Source of the DNA: Planctomycetaceae bacterium
Lineage (GTDB): Bacteria > Planctomycetota > Planctomycetia > Pirellulales > Pirellulaceae
Reading direction: 5' to 3'
Assembly: GCA_003501565.1 (NCBI GenBank)
Contig: DNPC01000822.1
Location: 1-45,399, forward strand
DNA length: 45,399 bases
The position numbers and the translations under genes are program-made. The notes beneath the pieces are model-generated. The model saw only the letters and a program-made list of their open reading frames with translations, searched no databases and was not told the origin of the DNA. This document shows, in pieces, positions 10,255 to 19,109 of this stretch. Positions within the stretch are counted from its first letter, which is position 1, and each line of letters opens with the position of its first letter.

Positions 10255-11076
10255 TTGCTGGCGACATACTGGTGCATAGGATTGGTAATCGCGCTGGTCG
10301 CGTATCTGATTTGGTTAGCTCGGCAGAGTGACTACGGTGCCTGGGAAACGGTGCTATACATTCCCACCTACCTGATGGGACGTTTGCTTTGGCGAGTTCA
10401 CTTTCTTAACGAACCGCCACCAGAGATTGCGACGGGGGGCATTTTGGTAGCCAATCACCGAAGTAGCGTGGATCCGTTCTTCGTTCAATTGGCGGCCCGT
10501 CGACGTGTACACTGGATGGTTGCCAAAGAGTACTGCCAGCATGTGATATTTGGGAAGATCCTCAGGCCCTTTGAGGTGATTCCAACCAATCGAAGTGGCG
10601 TTGACACGGCAAGCACCAAACAAGCAATCCGTCTGGCAAAGGCAGGTCGCCTGGTTGGAATGTTCCCCGAAGGTCAACTAAACAAGACTCCAAATCCGCT
10701 TTGCCCGATTCGCAGCGGCGCTGCTCTGGTGGCAACGCGTGGTAACGTACCTTTGATACCACTCTACATTAAGGGCAGCCCCTACGATCGCACGGTGTGG
10801 AGTCCAGTTTTCATGTCGGCCAATGTTGCGATAACTTTTGGTACTGCGATTCACCCCAAAGACGCAAACGAATTTTCCCCAGGTGAATCTGCGTGCGAGG
10901 ATCCAAAGGTAATTGAAGCTGATGGCAAACCGGGACGGCATCAGAATAGTGCGGGTGACCTGCAGCAATCCGAGCAGCTGATAATTGCTTGGGCCAAACA
11001 AGTTGTGGCAATGGCCGGTAGGCCTGATTTTCCAGTGAAGCTGGCCACCAAGCGGACGCGACGCAAGACGCGGTGA
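10255..11076 (+). CDS. Lysophospholipid acyltransferase (PlsC family)
   Basis: N-terminal TM helix; NHRSSVD (HX4D) motif; FPEG motif; LIPLYI. Confidence 0.9.
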   Translation: MLATYWCIGLVIALVAYLIWLARQSDYGAWETVLYIPTYLMGRLLWRVHFLNEPPPEIATGGILVANHRSSVDPFFVQLAARRRVHWMVAKEYCQHVIFGKILRPFEVIPTNRSGVDTASTKQAIRLAKAGRLVGMFPEGQLNKTPNPLCPIRSGAALVATRGNVPLIPLYIKGSPYDRTVWSPVFMSANVAITFGTAIHPKDANEFSPGESACEDPKVIEADGKPGRHQNSAGDLQQSEQLIIAWAKQVVAMAGRPDFPVKLATKRTRRKTR

Positions 11077-11082
11077 TGAACA

Positions 11083-11511
11083 ATGACGACAAGTGAATCT
11101 GAAGAGTTGTTAAATTTGACGCAGCGGTTGCTGGACGCAATCGCGAGTCGCGATTGGGAGACGTATGTTGAGCTGTGCGACGAGAGTCTGACTTGTTTTG
11201 AACCCGAGGCACGAGGAAGTCTGGTTGAAGGCCTCGATTTCCATCGCTTTTACTTGGCCCCGGATTCGTATCGGAACGAGATTTCCGAACAAGATCCCGC
11301 GACCGGCCCAGTCGAGAATGCGTCGAGCATGCAAACCACCATTGCCTCGCCACATGTTCGAATAATGGGAGATTCTGCGGTGGTGTGTTACAAGCGATTA
11401 ATTCAAGTCGAAAACGCTAGCCAGCCTTGGGAAACCCATGTTTGGGAAGAGACTCGAATCTGGCAAAAACAGGCCGGCAAATGGCAGCACGTGCACTTCC
11501 ACAGATCTTAA
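11083..11511 (+). CDS. CaMKII association(hub)-domain-like protein (NTF2/SnoaL fold, DUF4440-like)
   Basis: LTCFEPEARGSLVEGLDFHRFY and EETRIW...GKWQHVHFHRS closely match the CaMKII hub consensus. Confidence 0.9.
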   Translation: MTTSESEELLNLTQRLLDAIASRDWETYVELCDESLTCFEPEARGSLVEGLDFHRFYLAPDSYRNEISEQDPATGPVENASSMQTTIASPHVRIMGDSAVVCYKRLIQVENASQPWETHVWEETRIWQKQAGKWQHVHFHRS

Positions 11512-11737
11512 CCGGCACCTCGATTTGCCAGGTGCTGTAAGCTCTTTCACTTAGCAGCCGCTACATTGACTTTTTGCGTCCCAAAAAGCGTTTTGCTGTC
11601 TTTTCATTCAGCGCTGGCGCGCTACCATGTACCCAACGTTGCGGATGAGCGACTAAAGCCCACCGCGTGACGAGTTGCTACTTGCAGGCCAATGGTGGTC
11701 AGCTTTGATAGATCGTGCACTGATCAAGGAGTGTGAG

Positions 11738-12331
11738 ATGAAGGTATTGTCAGGATTGTTGGTTTGTCTCGCGTTTGCGGCAATGAACACTGTCGTCGCG
11801 GAAGAGGCAAAAGAGGCCAAGAAAGCCGCGAAGAAGATGGAAAGCGGCCTAAAGGAAGGTGCTAGACTCGGCGCGTTCGACGTAGTCAAGTGTGCTGGCG
11901 AAGAGGCGGATTCCGTCGCTATTGGCAAGAAGCTGTGCTATCGATGCCGAAACGGATCGCGTCCGCAAGTTATCGTATTCACTCGCTCAACTGACAAGTC
12001 AGTTACGAAGTTGGTCGCGGAACTGGATAAGCACGTCAAGAAGTTTGAAGACGAGCAACTGCGTGCATTTGTCAACGTAGTAGGCGAGAGCAAGCCAGCG
12101 GCCGAGAAGATGGTCAAAGCACTTGCCAAGTCCACCAAGACTGAGAACATCCCCTACGTAGTACCAGTCGAATTCGAGAACGGTCCAGAAAACTACGCTC
12201 TGAACCCTAAGGCTGAGCTAACGATTATCGTCGCCAACGAAAGCAAGGTTGTTGCTAACTTTGCAGTCAAGAGCGCGAAGGACTTGAAGGTCAATTCCGT
12301 CCTCGAGAGCGTTGAAAAGATGTTCAACTAG
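11738..12331 (+). CDS. Secreted hypothetical protein, possibly thioredoxin-like fold
   Basis: AAGGAG RBS before ATG 11738; signal peptide MKVLSGLLVCLAFAAMNTVVA; CYRC motif. Confidence 0.75.
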   Translation: MKVLSGLLVCLAFAAMNTVVAEEAKEAKKAAKKMESGLKEGARLGAFDVVKCAGEEADSVAIGKKLCYRCRNGSRPQVIVFTRSTDKSVTKLVAELDKHVKKFEDEQLRAFVNVVGESKPAAEKMVKALAKSTKTENIPYVVPVEFENGPENYALNPKAELTIIVANESKVVANFAVKSAKDLKVNSVLESVEKMFN

Positions 12332-12358
12332 GCCGAGCGGACAGAACACATTGCTTGC

Positions 12359-12396
12359 AAAAAGCGAACGCGCCGTCGGGTGTGTTCGCTTTTTTT
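12359..12396. terminator. Rho-independent terminator, probably bidirectional
   Basis: AAAAAGCGAACGCGCC-GTCG-GGTGTGTTCGCTTTTTTT: GC-rich stem with a U-tract on + and an A-tract before the stem, 28 nt after the stop of 11738..12331. Confidence 0.9.
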
Positions 12397-12406
12397 GTTT
12401 TGTTCA
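12397..12406 (+). repeat. 10-bp direct repeat GTTTTGTTCA, left copy
   Basis: Identical to 37533-37542; immediately after the terminator U-tract. Confidence 0.7.
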
Positions 12407-12766
12407 GGCATGTTTTTCAACTTGAGGGTGCAAGTCGCTTATCCAACCTGATGGAGGTGAAGGATTAGCGAAGCGCAAACGCGTCGTCGTTAGGTTGGGT
12501 CTGAAGGTAGCGTGTAGCGAAGTCACGACCCGACGAACAGGAATCGGAAAGTCGGGATGGCAGATGGGACGAGTCCGCATGACAGTGACGAATTCCTCTA
12601 TCCAGCAAAGGTCTGCTCTGTAAATCCGGCGGGTGTGTGATGAAAGTTGAGCGACTTAACCTGGGAGGTCTGAAGTGTGTCCGGGAGGATCTGCTTTAGG
12701 CAGCGACCCGGACTGATCGCTTCGCAAGCAGCGATGACCGCCCGTCAGAAGTCAGCAGAGGGCATA
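12397..12766 (+). ncRNA. 5' portion of a class C (IIC) group II intron ribozyme (domains I-II and start of III), degenerate 5' end, truncated in DIII
   Basis: Non-coding stretch with IIC-type motifs in order: GGCATG, GAGGGTGCAAGTC, GAAGG.TTAGCGAAGCGCAA, CTGAAGG.AGC, GACGAACAG.AATCGGA, GTAAATCCGGCGG, CTTAACCTGGGAGGTCTG, GAAGTCAGCAGAGGGCATA; directly follows a terminator, the known IIC target. Confidence 0.85.
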
Positions 12767-12780
12767 TACATCCCATCGGG

Positions 12781-13515
12781 CTAATGGGCAGCTTGATTGG
12801 ATATTCTAAACGCTTCGGAAGCTTCTTCATCGCGGGTCAGCGTCAGATGGGCCACCACCATGCCGTTGGAGGAATGCCCGTGATCACGTCCCATGAAAAG
12901 CCCCTCCATAATCCGCCCACAACCTTTGAACTCGACCATAGCTGTGCCGTATTCGCGAAGCTTCGTATTGTCGACCCAATATTCGAATCGAGCCCAATTG
13001 CCGTTCTCTAGCAATGTCCCAATGGCTAACACCCCGTCGTCGCCCATGTCCTTTCCCGTTGCTTCAAAACGATTTCCGTACTGACGGATCGTCATTTTCG
13101 CTGACCACGGACCTGGATCAGTGTAAGTGATCAATCCGGGAATTTCCTTGTCGATGCTTTGTGCATCCCAAACGCCTTCGACGGATCGCACTGTCCGAGA
13201 GTCACCTACGAACCGAAAACGAAGGTCGGCCGCATCTCCTTCAGTTTCACGTGGGGTCGTTGGTACCTCTCGAATGGAATAGGACGACTCAGGTTCGATC
13301 TTAAGTACTCGACAGACCTGCTTGAGCTTCTCGAGATCAACCGGCCAAGGTTTTCCCTCATTCGAGTTCAAATAGTTGCGAACCGTCTGCTCAGCAACTT
13401 CAGCACGACTTGCCAATTGAACCACCGTCAAACCACGTCCTGTCATCGCTCGCAGAATGACGTCGCCGCGAGCGTAAAAGATCTCTTGGCAGTTGAGTTT
13501 CTTGTTCTTTGCCAC
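12781..13515 (-). CDS. XRE/Cro-type HTH regulator fused to a C-terminal beta-barrel-like domain
   Basis: GTG start at 13515 with AAGGAG RBS; RGLTVVQLASRAEVAEQTVRNYL...LEKLKQVCRVLKI is an XRE HTH; the C-terminal ~130 aa are beta-strand rich. Confidence 0.8.
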   Translation of the reverse strand: MAKNKKLNCQEIFYARGDVILRAMTGRGLTVVQLASRAEVAEQTVRNYLNSNEGKPWPVDLEKLKQVCRVLKIEPESSYSIREVPTTPRETEGDAADLRFRFVGDSRTVRSVEGVWDAQSIDKEIPGLITYTDPGPWSAKMTIRQYGNRFEATGKDMGDDGVLAIGTLLENGNWARFEYWVDNTKLREYGTAMVEFKGCGRIMEGLFMGRDHGHSSNGMVVAHLTLTRDEEASEAFRISNQAAH

Positions 13516-13618
13516 AGTTGCTTGCTCCTTTGGACTAATCGGGCAGCTGCCGATTCTACTGCATGCCGGGAGCAGGCAAGAGACCCGCAGAATCGACGCG
13601 AAGGCCGGGTAATTAAGA

Positions 13619-13640
13619 CCAATGGGGAACCCAATGGGGA
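13619..13640. promoter_or_regulatory. Tandem direct repeat CCAATGGGGA-N2-CCAATGGGGA in the divergent promoter region; candidate operator
   Basis: Two exact 10-mers at 13619-13628 and 13631-13640 between the HTH gene (start 13515) and the AAA gene (start 13737). Confidence 0.4.
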
Positions 13641-13736
13641 TTCTCTGCAGGGTGACTTGCTGATGGTCTTTCACCTGCGATGTTGTGACCGTCGCCAAGC
13701 ACTCCGCCCGCGACACTTCTTCTACGGGATCTATCA

Positions 13737-14618
13737 ATGAACAAGAAAACAAAAACTCGACGTCAGTACACGAGTCCATTTATTGACCATGACGGGATCA
13801 GACCAATTGTCGAAGCCTATTACGCGCAGCCCGACTTCAATGTGCTTCTAGTCGGCGATCCTGGTATTGGCAAAACCACCTTTGTGTCGGAGCTGGCCGG
13901 CGGACCTGAGAGAATGGTCACAGTCATCGGGAGCAAAATGATGCCGAATGACTTGATTGGTCGAATGACCCTTGTCAATGGCGAGACTCGCTTTCAAGAC
14001 GGGCTGCTTACCAAGAGCATGCGTGAAGGACTGACCTGCTATATCGATGAGCTTTCTGGGTTGGACGATGCCTGCCAACGCATACTCTACGGGGTGATTG
14101 ATCATCGACGCGAGCTGACAATCAATGCAAATTCGGAAACCATCGTTGCCCACGAGGATTTTCGGCTTATTGCGAGCGATAACTTTTCACCATCCGGTGC
14201 CGCAACGCTTAATCGGCCCTTTCGCGATCGTTTCGTTCACGTCTATATGAACCGTCTTGATCGGGATACGGAGCACAAGCTGATGATTGATCAGTACGGG
14301 CTAGAGGATGCCGATGCTGAATGGTTGCTTGCAGTCGCCGCGGTCACGCGACGCGCAAACAATAGCGTTGGCGCGACCACGCGTCAGTTGGAGCTATGCT
14401 CGCTAGCCATCGCCTCCGGCGTACCACGTAAGGTCGCTGCGCAACACACCCTGCTTGGGTCGATCGCGGGCAACAGCCGACAGCAATTTGAGCAACTCGT
14501 TCAGCTCGTTCGAGCAGAGGGGCTCGACCTTGACGAAGTATGGCTTTCAAAGCAGGAAATGGACCAGTTTGATGACCTTGAGTTCGTGCGCAGTGAAGAA
14601 AGCACCAACAGTCGCTAA
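13737..14618 (+). CDS. MoxR-class AAA+ ATPase, CbbQ/NirQ/NorQ-like
   Basis: Walker A GDPGIGKT, DLIGR, FQDGLLT, Walker B CYIDE, DHRRELTI, AHEDFRLIAS.N, RDRF, C-terminal GATTRQL..IASG. Confidence 0.9.
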   Translation: MNKKTKTRRQYTSPFIDHDGIRPIVEAYYAQPDFNVLLVGDPGIGKTTFVSELAGGPERMVTVIGSKMMPNDLIGRMTLVNGETRFQDGLLTKSMREGLTCYIDELSGLDDACQRILYGVIDHRRELTINANSETIVAHEDFRLIASDNFSPSGAATLNRPFRDRFVHVYMNRLDRDTEHKLMIDQYGLEDADAEWLLAVAAVTRRANNSVGATTRQLELCSLAIASGVPRKVAAQHTLLGSIAGNSRQQFEQLVQLVRAEGLDLDEVWLSKQEMDQFDDLEFVRSEESTNSR

Positions 14619-14672
14619 TGCAAATCGAATCGAAATCTGTTTTGGCGCACCCATTTTCGAAAGAGTCAATCT

Positions 14673-17060
14673 ATGTCACTTTACAACCAGCTTCCGCAAT
14701 CTACGTTCAAAGCTGATGCACAAAGAACCGTCGAAAAGATCTTGAGTCAAACTCCGGAAGTCTGTGCGGCTCTTGCTGCTGCCGTTCGAAAATGGATCCC
14801 GGCCATCCAGCGGCGGAGAAATCGTCTGTCGCGGACGCTGCTTATCAAATTGACTGTTGGATTGCTAAGAACCTGCGGTCCTACCTCTTCGGATTCGCTG
14901 GAGTTTCGTCACTTTCGAGACAAGCTAAGATTTGGGGCGAGAATCTTGAGTCAGCACAGCGACGCCACCAGCGTTGCTGACCTACTGAGCAGGCTAAATC
15001 CACGCGGCAGTGGAAGTCTTGATCAATTGCAACAAGTCCATGATTCGGCTAGGGAACGACTCCGTCTGCGTATCAAAGCTGCGGTCTATGCCCCGGACTA
15101 CTCTCGCGACATTGACGGCGTCATTGAGTATTTATCCGCATGCACTGGCTATCGTCGTGTCAAAGTTCGATTCGATGCAAAGCCAGACGGCTGCCATAGA
15201 CTAGATCGTAGAACGGCAGCCAAACGAGAGATCGCAGCCTACACCGACGGTGATGTTATCCACTTGAGTCCATGGTTGGCATCGACGGCGTCCCGCGATC
15301 TCAATCAGGGAATGCTGACTCTTTACCTAGTCATGCACGAGTATCTTCACATGGCAGCAGGTTCTTTCGACTTTTCTTTCAAGCAAAACGCCGCCGGGCG
15401 GTTGCTATTCCGCAAACTTCGGCCTCGTCGAGGAACATTAAAGAAGAACAGCTCGGGTGATGCGATCACGCACCAGCTTAGGGAGAAACTGGAATCCGAG
15501 GGCATCAACGTTGACGCGCTGAACTTGAAAAAAACCCCCGATCTGCTTCGGTTATTCAAACACTTTGATAGCCCATCTATCGCGGCTTGGTTACTCAACG
15601 CAATTGAGGATGGGCGTCTGGAGTCGCTAATTGAAAAGCACTGGCCCGGGGGCCACATTCTTCACCAAGCCCATGAAGAAACTTACGCACGCGATATTGT
15701 CCGGTCGCCACACGCCGAATCGTCCAAGGAAAATCTTCTCAGTGCAATCGGCATGATGGCTGCCCGCCGGCCCGTCGTAGCGCGAATTGAGTTGCAGCAT
15801 CGTGAGATATTTATGGAGGTACGCGAACTCATCGAAAACGCTCCACGAAGAAACGTGTACGATTCCGCCACACTTATGATGAAAGTCTACGACCTGATCG
15901 AAGACCACCTAGGTAGCGAAGAACTCGAGCAGGTAGCCGAAGGAGCCAGTTTTCGAACTGAAATTAGCATCGAAGAAGTTGTAGTCCGTTATCGCCTTGC
16001 CCATGAGCCGAAACAGGATAACAGCTACCAAAAAGATGGTAGGCCCGACTCAGACTGGTCTTTCGAGCCAAAAGAAAGCGGACTTTGGTTCGAAGAGTTC
16101 GATGGCATAACGCATCGGCCGAAAACGACTCATGTCACGGTCCGTCCCTTCATGGCAACCAAGTCTTATCCAGCTCTACCACCGCTCAACCGACCACTTC
16201 CTGATGTTGTTCTGGATCGGATCCGCCTCCCAAATGACGTGGACCGTCGCTGGAGCCCTGATGGTCTTCATATCGCTAGTGAAATGTTGGCCCAATACAC
16301 AGCCGCGAATCAAGCTGGCCAAGAGATGTCTATCCACTACGACCAGTTCGAAGAAAAGCCGCCACTTCGCTGGACGCTCGTTTTTGATCTATCCATTTCA
16401 ATGGAGGCCCCAAGGCACGCGCTCGGTGGCCAAACCCCAATTCAACACGCCATTCAGTATGGGACATGGCTTGCTAGCGCATTGGAGTCCCAAGGAATCG
16501 AAGTTCAAGCCTACGGTGCTGTCAGCGGCGGTCCAAAATTGTGCAAGCTCTTTCGACTAGCTGCGCCCGTGGCTCAATCAATTGCACAACTCCGCTGTGA
16601 AGGTGCTGGCGGATGCCGTCACGGAGCCTTCATTCGAGCCATCGCTGCCAATGCCCCAGAGTTTGGCATGACAACACCTATCGGTGACCACAACCTGACG
16701 ATCCTGACAGACGGGGATCCGAGTTACATGGCTGTTGGAAGTGAAAGCATCTTTGAACAACTTCACAAAGCAAACTGCAAAGCCTGCACGTCGCGCCATC
16801 GGTGCCGAGTTGAGGGGGCAAGCGGATCTATCAATGGACGGGAAGGCGTCCTCCACCGCATCTTCCATCCCCTTGGCTATGGACTCACCGATACTGCCGA
16901 TGCAATTGAATCAACTTCTTTGAAGATGACCACTCAGGTTATGCTTTTCGGTGGAAACATTGATCGCGATCAATACGACCACTTTTTGGGAGCGACAAGG
17001 TGGGGCACTTCGTTCGCCGGCAATCTGTCAATGAGGTCGACCGCTCAGCTACCAAGCTAA
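14673..17060 (+). CDS. VWA-domain protein, NorD/CbbO-like partner of the AAA+ ATPase
   Basis: AYTDGDVIHL, HEYLH, NAIEDGRLE, WFEEFDG, MIDAS LVFDLSISM, CRHGAFIR, ILTDGDP; extra C-terminal CKAC-X5-C. Confidence 0.85.
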   Translation: MSLYNQLPQSTFKADAQRTVEKILSQTPEVCAALAAAVRKWIPAIQRRRNRLSRTLLIKLTVGLLRTCGPTSSDSLEFRHFRDKLRFGARILSQHSDATSVADLLSRLNPRGSGSLDQLQQVHDSARERLRLRIKAAVYAPDYSRDIDGVIEYLSACTGYRRVKVRFDAKPDGCHRLDRRTAAKREIAAYTDGDVIHLSPWLASTASRDLNQGMLTLYLVMHEYLHMAAGSFDFSFKQNAAGRLLFRKLRPRRGTLKKNSSGDAITHQLREKLESEGINVDALNLKKTPDLLRLFKHFDSPSIAAWLLNAIEDGRLESLIEKHWPGGHILHQAHEETYARDIVRSPHAESSKENLLSAIGMMAARRPVVARIELQHREIFMEVRELIENAPRRNVYDSATLMMKVYDLIEDHLGSEELEQVAEGASFRTEISIEEVVVRYRLAHEPKQDNSYQKDGRPDSDWSFEPKESGLWFEEFDGITHRPKTTHVTVRPFMATKSYPALPPLNRPLPDVVLDRIRLPNDVDRRWSPDGLHIASEMLAQYTAANQAGQEMSIHYDQFEEKPPLRWTLVFDLSISMEAPRHALGGQTPIQHAIQYGTWLASALESQGIEVQAYGAVSGGPKLCKLFRLAAPVAQSIAQLRCEGAGGCRHGAFIRAIAANAPEFGMTTPIGDHNLTILTDGDPSYMAVGSESIFEQLHKANCKACTSRHRCRVEGASGSINGREGVLHRIFHPLGYGLTDTADAIESTSLKMTTQVMLFGGNIDRDQYDHFLGATRWGTSFAGNLSMRSTAQLPS

Positions 17061-17078
17061 CTCATTCATCAAGTCATA

Positions 17079-17633
17079 CTAATCGACTTTTAAACCAATT
17101 GATTTACGGAGCTTTTCTTGGGCAACGTGGCAGTTATGCTTCAGCAGGGAGTAGGGCTTGCCGGCCATTAGCTCGTGCATCTTTTTCTTGAGATCTGCGA
17201 GTGAATGTGTCTCAGCAAGCTTCGTTCCCTTCAATTGCCGCGTCCAACGAAACTCAATCGGGCCGTCACCGTCTCGATCCGGATCAACATATTGTCCTTT
17301 CATTCGAATCACCACATAGCCATCGTCGACGTGCTCTTTAACTATGCGGGGAGAGACTTCCGTCAGATAGGTCTTCCCGTCCTCCATGTACTCGAGCAGC
17401 GCAAAACGTTTGTCGGCGGTCTTAAGAATCAATGCGGAATGCACCAGCTTCCATCGATTAGTCAATGGCTCCCATTCGGTGGGACTCCCAAGCGGCCGTC
17501 TTACCACGTACACGTGATTCACCTTAGAATCCAGAAATTCTGAGGTCGTTGGATCTGCTGCTGCTTGAGAGCTATCGAGGAGGATCGAGCAGAAACAAAT
17601 ACAGAGTAGTTGGAAACCAGAGTGAAGGTTCAT
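17079..17633 (-). CDS. Secreted permuted papain-like (PPPDE/LRAT-type) cysteine hydrolase; candidate effector or accessory enzyme
   Basis: Hydrophobic signal after ATG 17633; His motif VHSALIL precedes the Cys motif YSLLKHNCH; ORF is open to 17738. Confidence 0.7.
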   Translation of the reverse strand: MNLHSGFQLLCICFCSILLDSSQAAADPTTSEFLDSKVNHVYVVRRPLGSPTEWEPLTNRWKLVHSALILKTADKRFALLEYMEDGKTYLTEVSPRIVKEHVDDGYVVIRMKGQYVDPDRDGDGPIEFRWTRQLKGTKLAETHSLADLKKKMHELMAGKPYSLLKHNCHVAQEKLRKSIGLKVD

Positions 17634-17779
17634 GTCAATGACCCAGAACAGTAAAGGTACGAAGGAACTGAACTTACTTCTGTAGTGAGTGGCACCGATC
17701 TTAAGAATTGGAAGCTGTGTGGACTTTTCGCTGTGCACTAAGCAGGGACGTTCGCAGGTGTCGGTACCACGAGTTAAAT

Positions 17780-19075
17780 TTATGGCTCAAAAGCAAGCAA
17801 GCCGAAAAGAGAATCGCTGTTGCTCATGTCAACTGGAAGACTGATTCGCGTTGGATAGTTATCTTTATCTTCAAAGCGATAGCAGGCCAATTGCTGATCT
17901 ATCTTTGGATCCAGTCCTATGATCTTTGCGTGTTCTTTGAGTCTGAGCTCCTCAATGATGTCGAGTGTTTTGGCAAACATTGACAGGTTTTCGCCGTTAA
18001 GCACTTGTTGCAATGTCTCCAGTGACGGGCTCCTGAGGGCAGATCCAATAGCCTTTTCGGTCGTTTCTAAGAAATCGTCGTAATCTCTATTACCAATCTT
18101 GCAGTGACGGAAATACGCATTGTTGAAGTAGAGGTTGAGGTATTTTCGTAGCAAGTTTTTTCGGCGACTGACGGTTTCCGCTTCTTGGATCCCTCGTAGA
18201 AAGGAATCAAGGCTGTTAGAAGGAGCAAGCCTTTCGGTTTTGTGTGCCAGACAGACTTCATGCCAATCTTTCTGCAACGTTGGAGATGGCAATCTATCAA
18301 GCAATTGTTTCAAATCATCAATCAATTTAGGTTCGTTTATGGAGTAGGTTTCCCATGCTTGGTAGTGAAACACAATCTTTTTCAGATCAACATCATAGCT
18401 ACTGAGCGAGTCCAAGACCTGGTCCTTCGACATCTTCCAAAGCTCGAGTATTAGCTTGCATTCTGACAGATCTGCAATTTTGCTACTTCGATCGTCTAGA
18501 AAATCACTGTACTGAGCTAAGGTAACTCGCCCACTGAATTCAGAATTTTTGGGAAGCTGTGAGTGTAAGAGGTTATGAATCCGAACGGTCTCATCGATTT
18601 CTACAGTGAAATCTATCTGGCTAACTGGAGCCAGGCTGGTAGCGTTTTGCAGCGCATTAAGCTCTTGATTAACTGTCCGCATTACTTTTTCGAACTCCTC
18701 CAACTTTTGCCCAAGATTCTCTAGCCTCCGGTCATTGTTCGCAACGGCCAGGATGTTAGGGATAGATCGTTGATGGGACGGAGCGTTCAAAATTTGGCAG
18801 CACCAAACGGAATCTTTGGCATCATCTCGTTCTAGCCGCACGATTACTGTGTTGATGTCGGATAAAGAGCAAACCTTTTCGCCTAAGAGTTCCTGTACAG
18901 CCTCGGCGGCACTCGCTTCTAATCTTTCATCAGATAGAAATCGCTCGACTTGGTGGACCTGTTGGAGTCGACCGATGTTCCGATCGATTGAGTATTCGTA
19001 TGCTGCGATGCCTAGTTCAAGCAAAGATCTCTGCAGTTCTTGGTGGGTTTCAAGAGGATTTTGCGACACGATCAT
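17780..19075 (-). CDS. Hypothetical helical protein downstream of the spike-tip gene; candidate effector
   Basis: 431-aa ORF, visibly AT-richer than the flanks, coiled-coil segment, no recognised motif. Confidence 0.65.
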   Translation of the reverse strand: MIVSQNPLETHQELQRSLLELGIAAYEYSIDRNIGRLQQVHQVERFLSDERLEASAAEAVQELLGEKVCSLSDINTVIVRLERDDAKDSVWCCQILNAPSHQRSIPNILAVANNDRRLENLGQKLEEFEKVMRTVNQELNALQNATSLAPVSQIDFTVEIDETVRIHNLLHSQLPKNSEFSGRVTLAQYSDFLDDRSSKIADLSECKLILELWKMSKDQVLDSLSSYDVDLKKIVFHYQAWETYSINEPKLIDDLKQLLDRLPSPTLQKDWHEVCLAHKTERLAPSNSLDSFLRGIQEAETVSRRKNLLRKYLNLYFNNAYFRHCKIGNRDYDDFLETTEKAIGSALRSPSLETLQQVLNGENLSMFAKTLDIIEELRLKEHAKIIGLDPKIDQQLACYRFEDKDNYPTRISLPVDMSNSDSLFGLLAFEP

Positions 19076-19109
19076 CTCGATACTCTATTCGTCTGTATAA
19101 AAGTACTAA

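Noticed and set aside
13516-13779. N-terminal extension of the HTH ORF to 13779
   Set aside because: Overlaps the divergent AAA gene; a strong RBS supports GTG 13515
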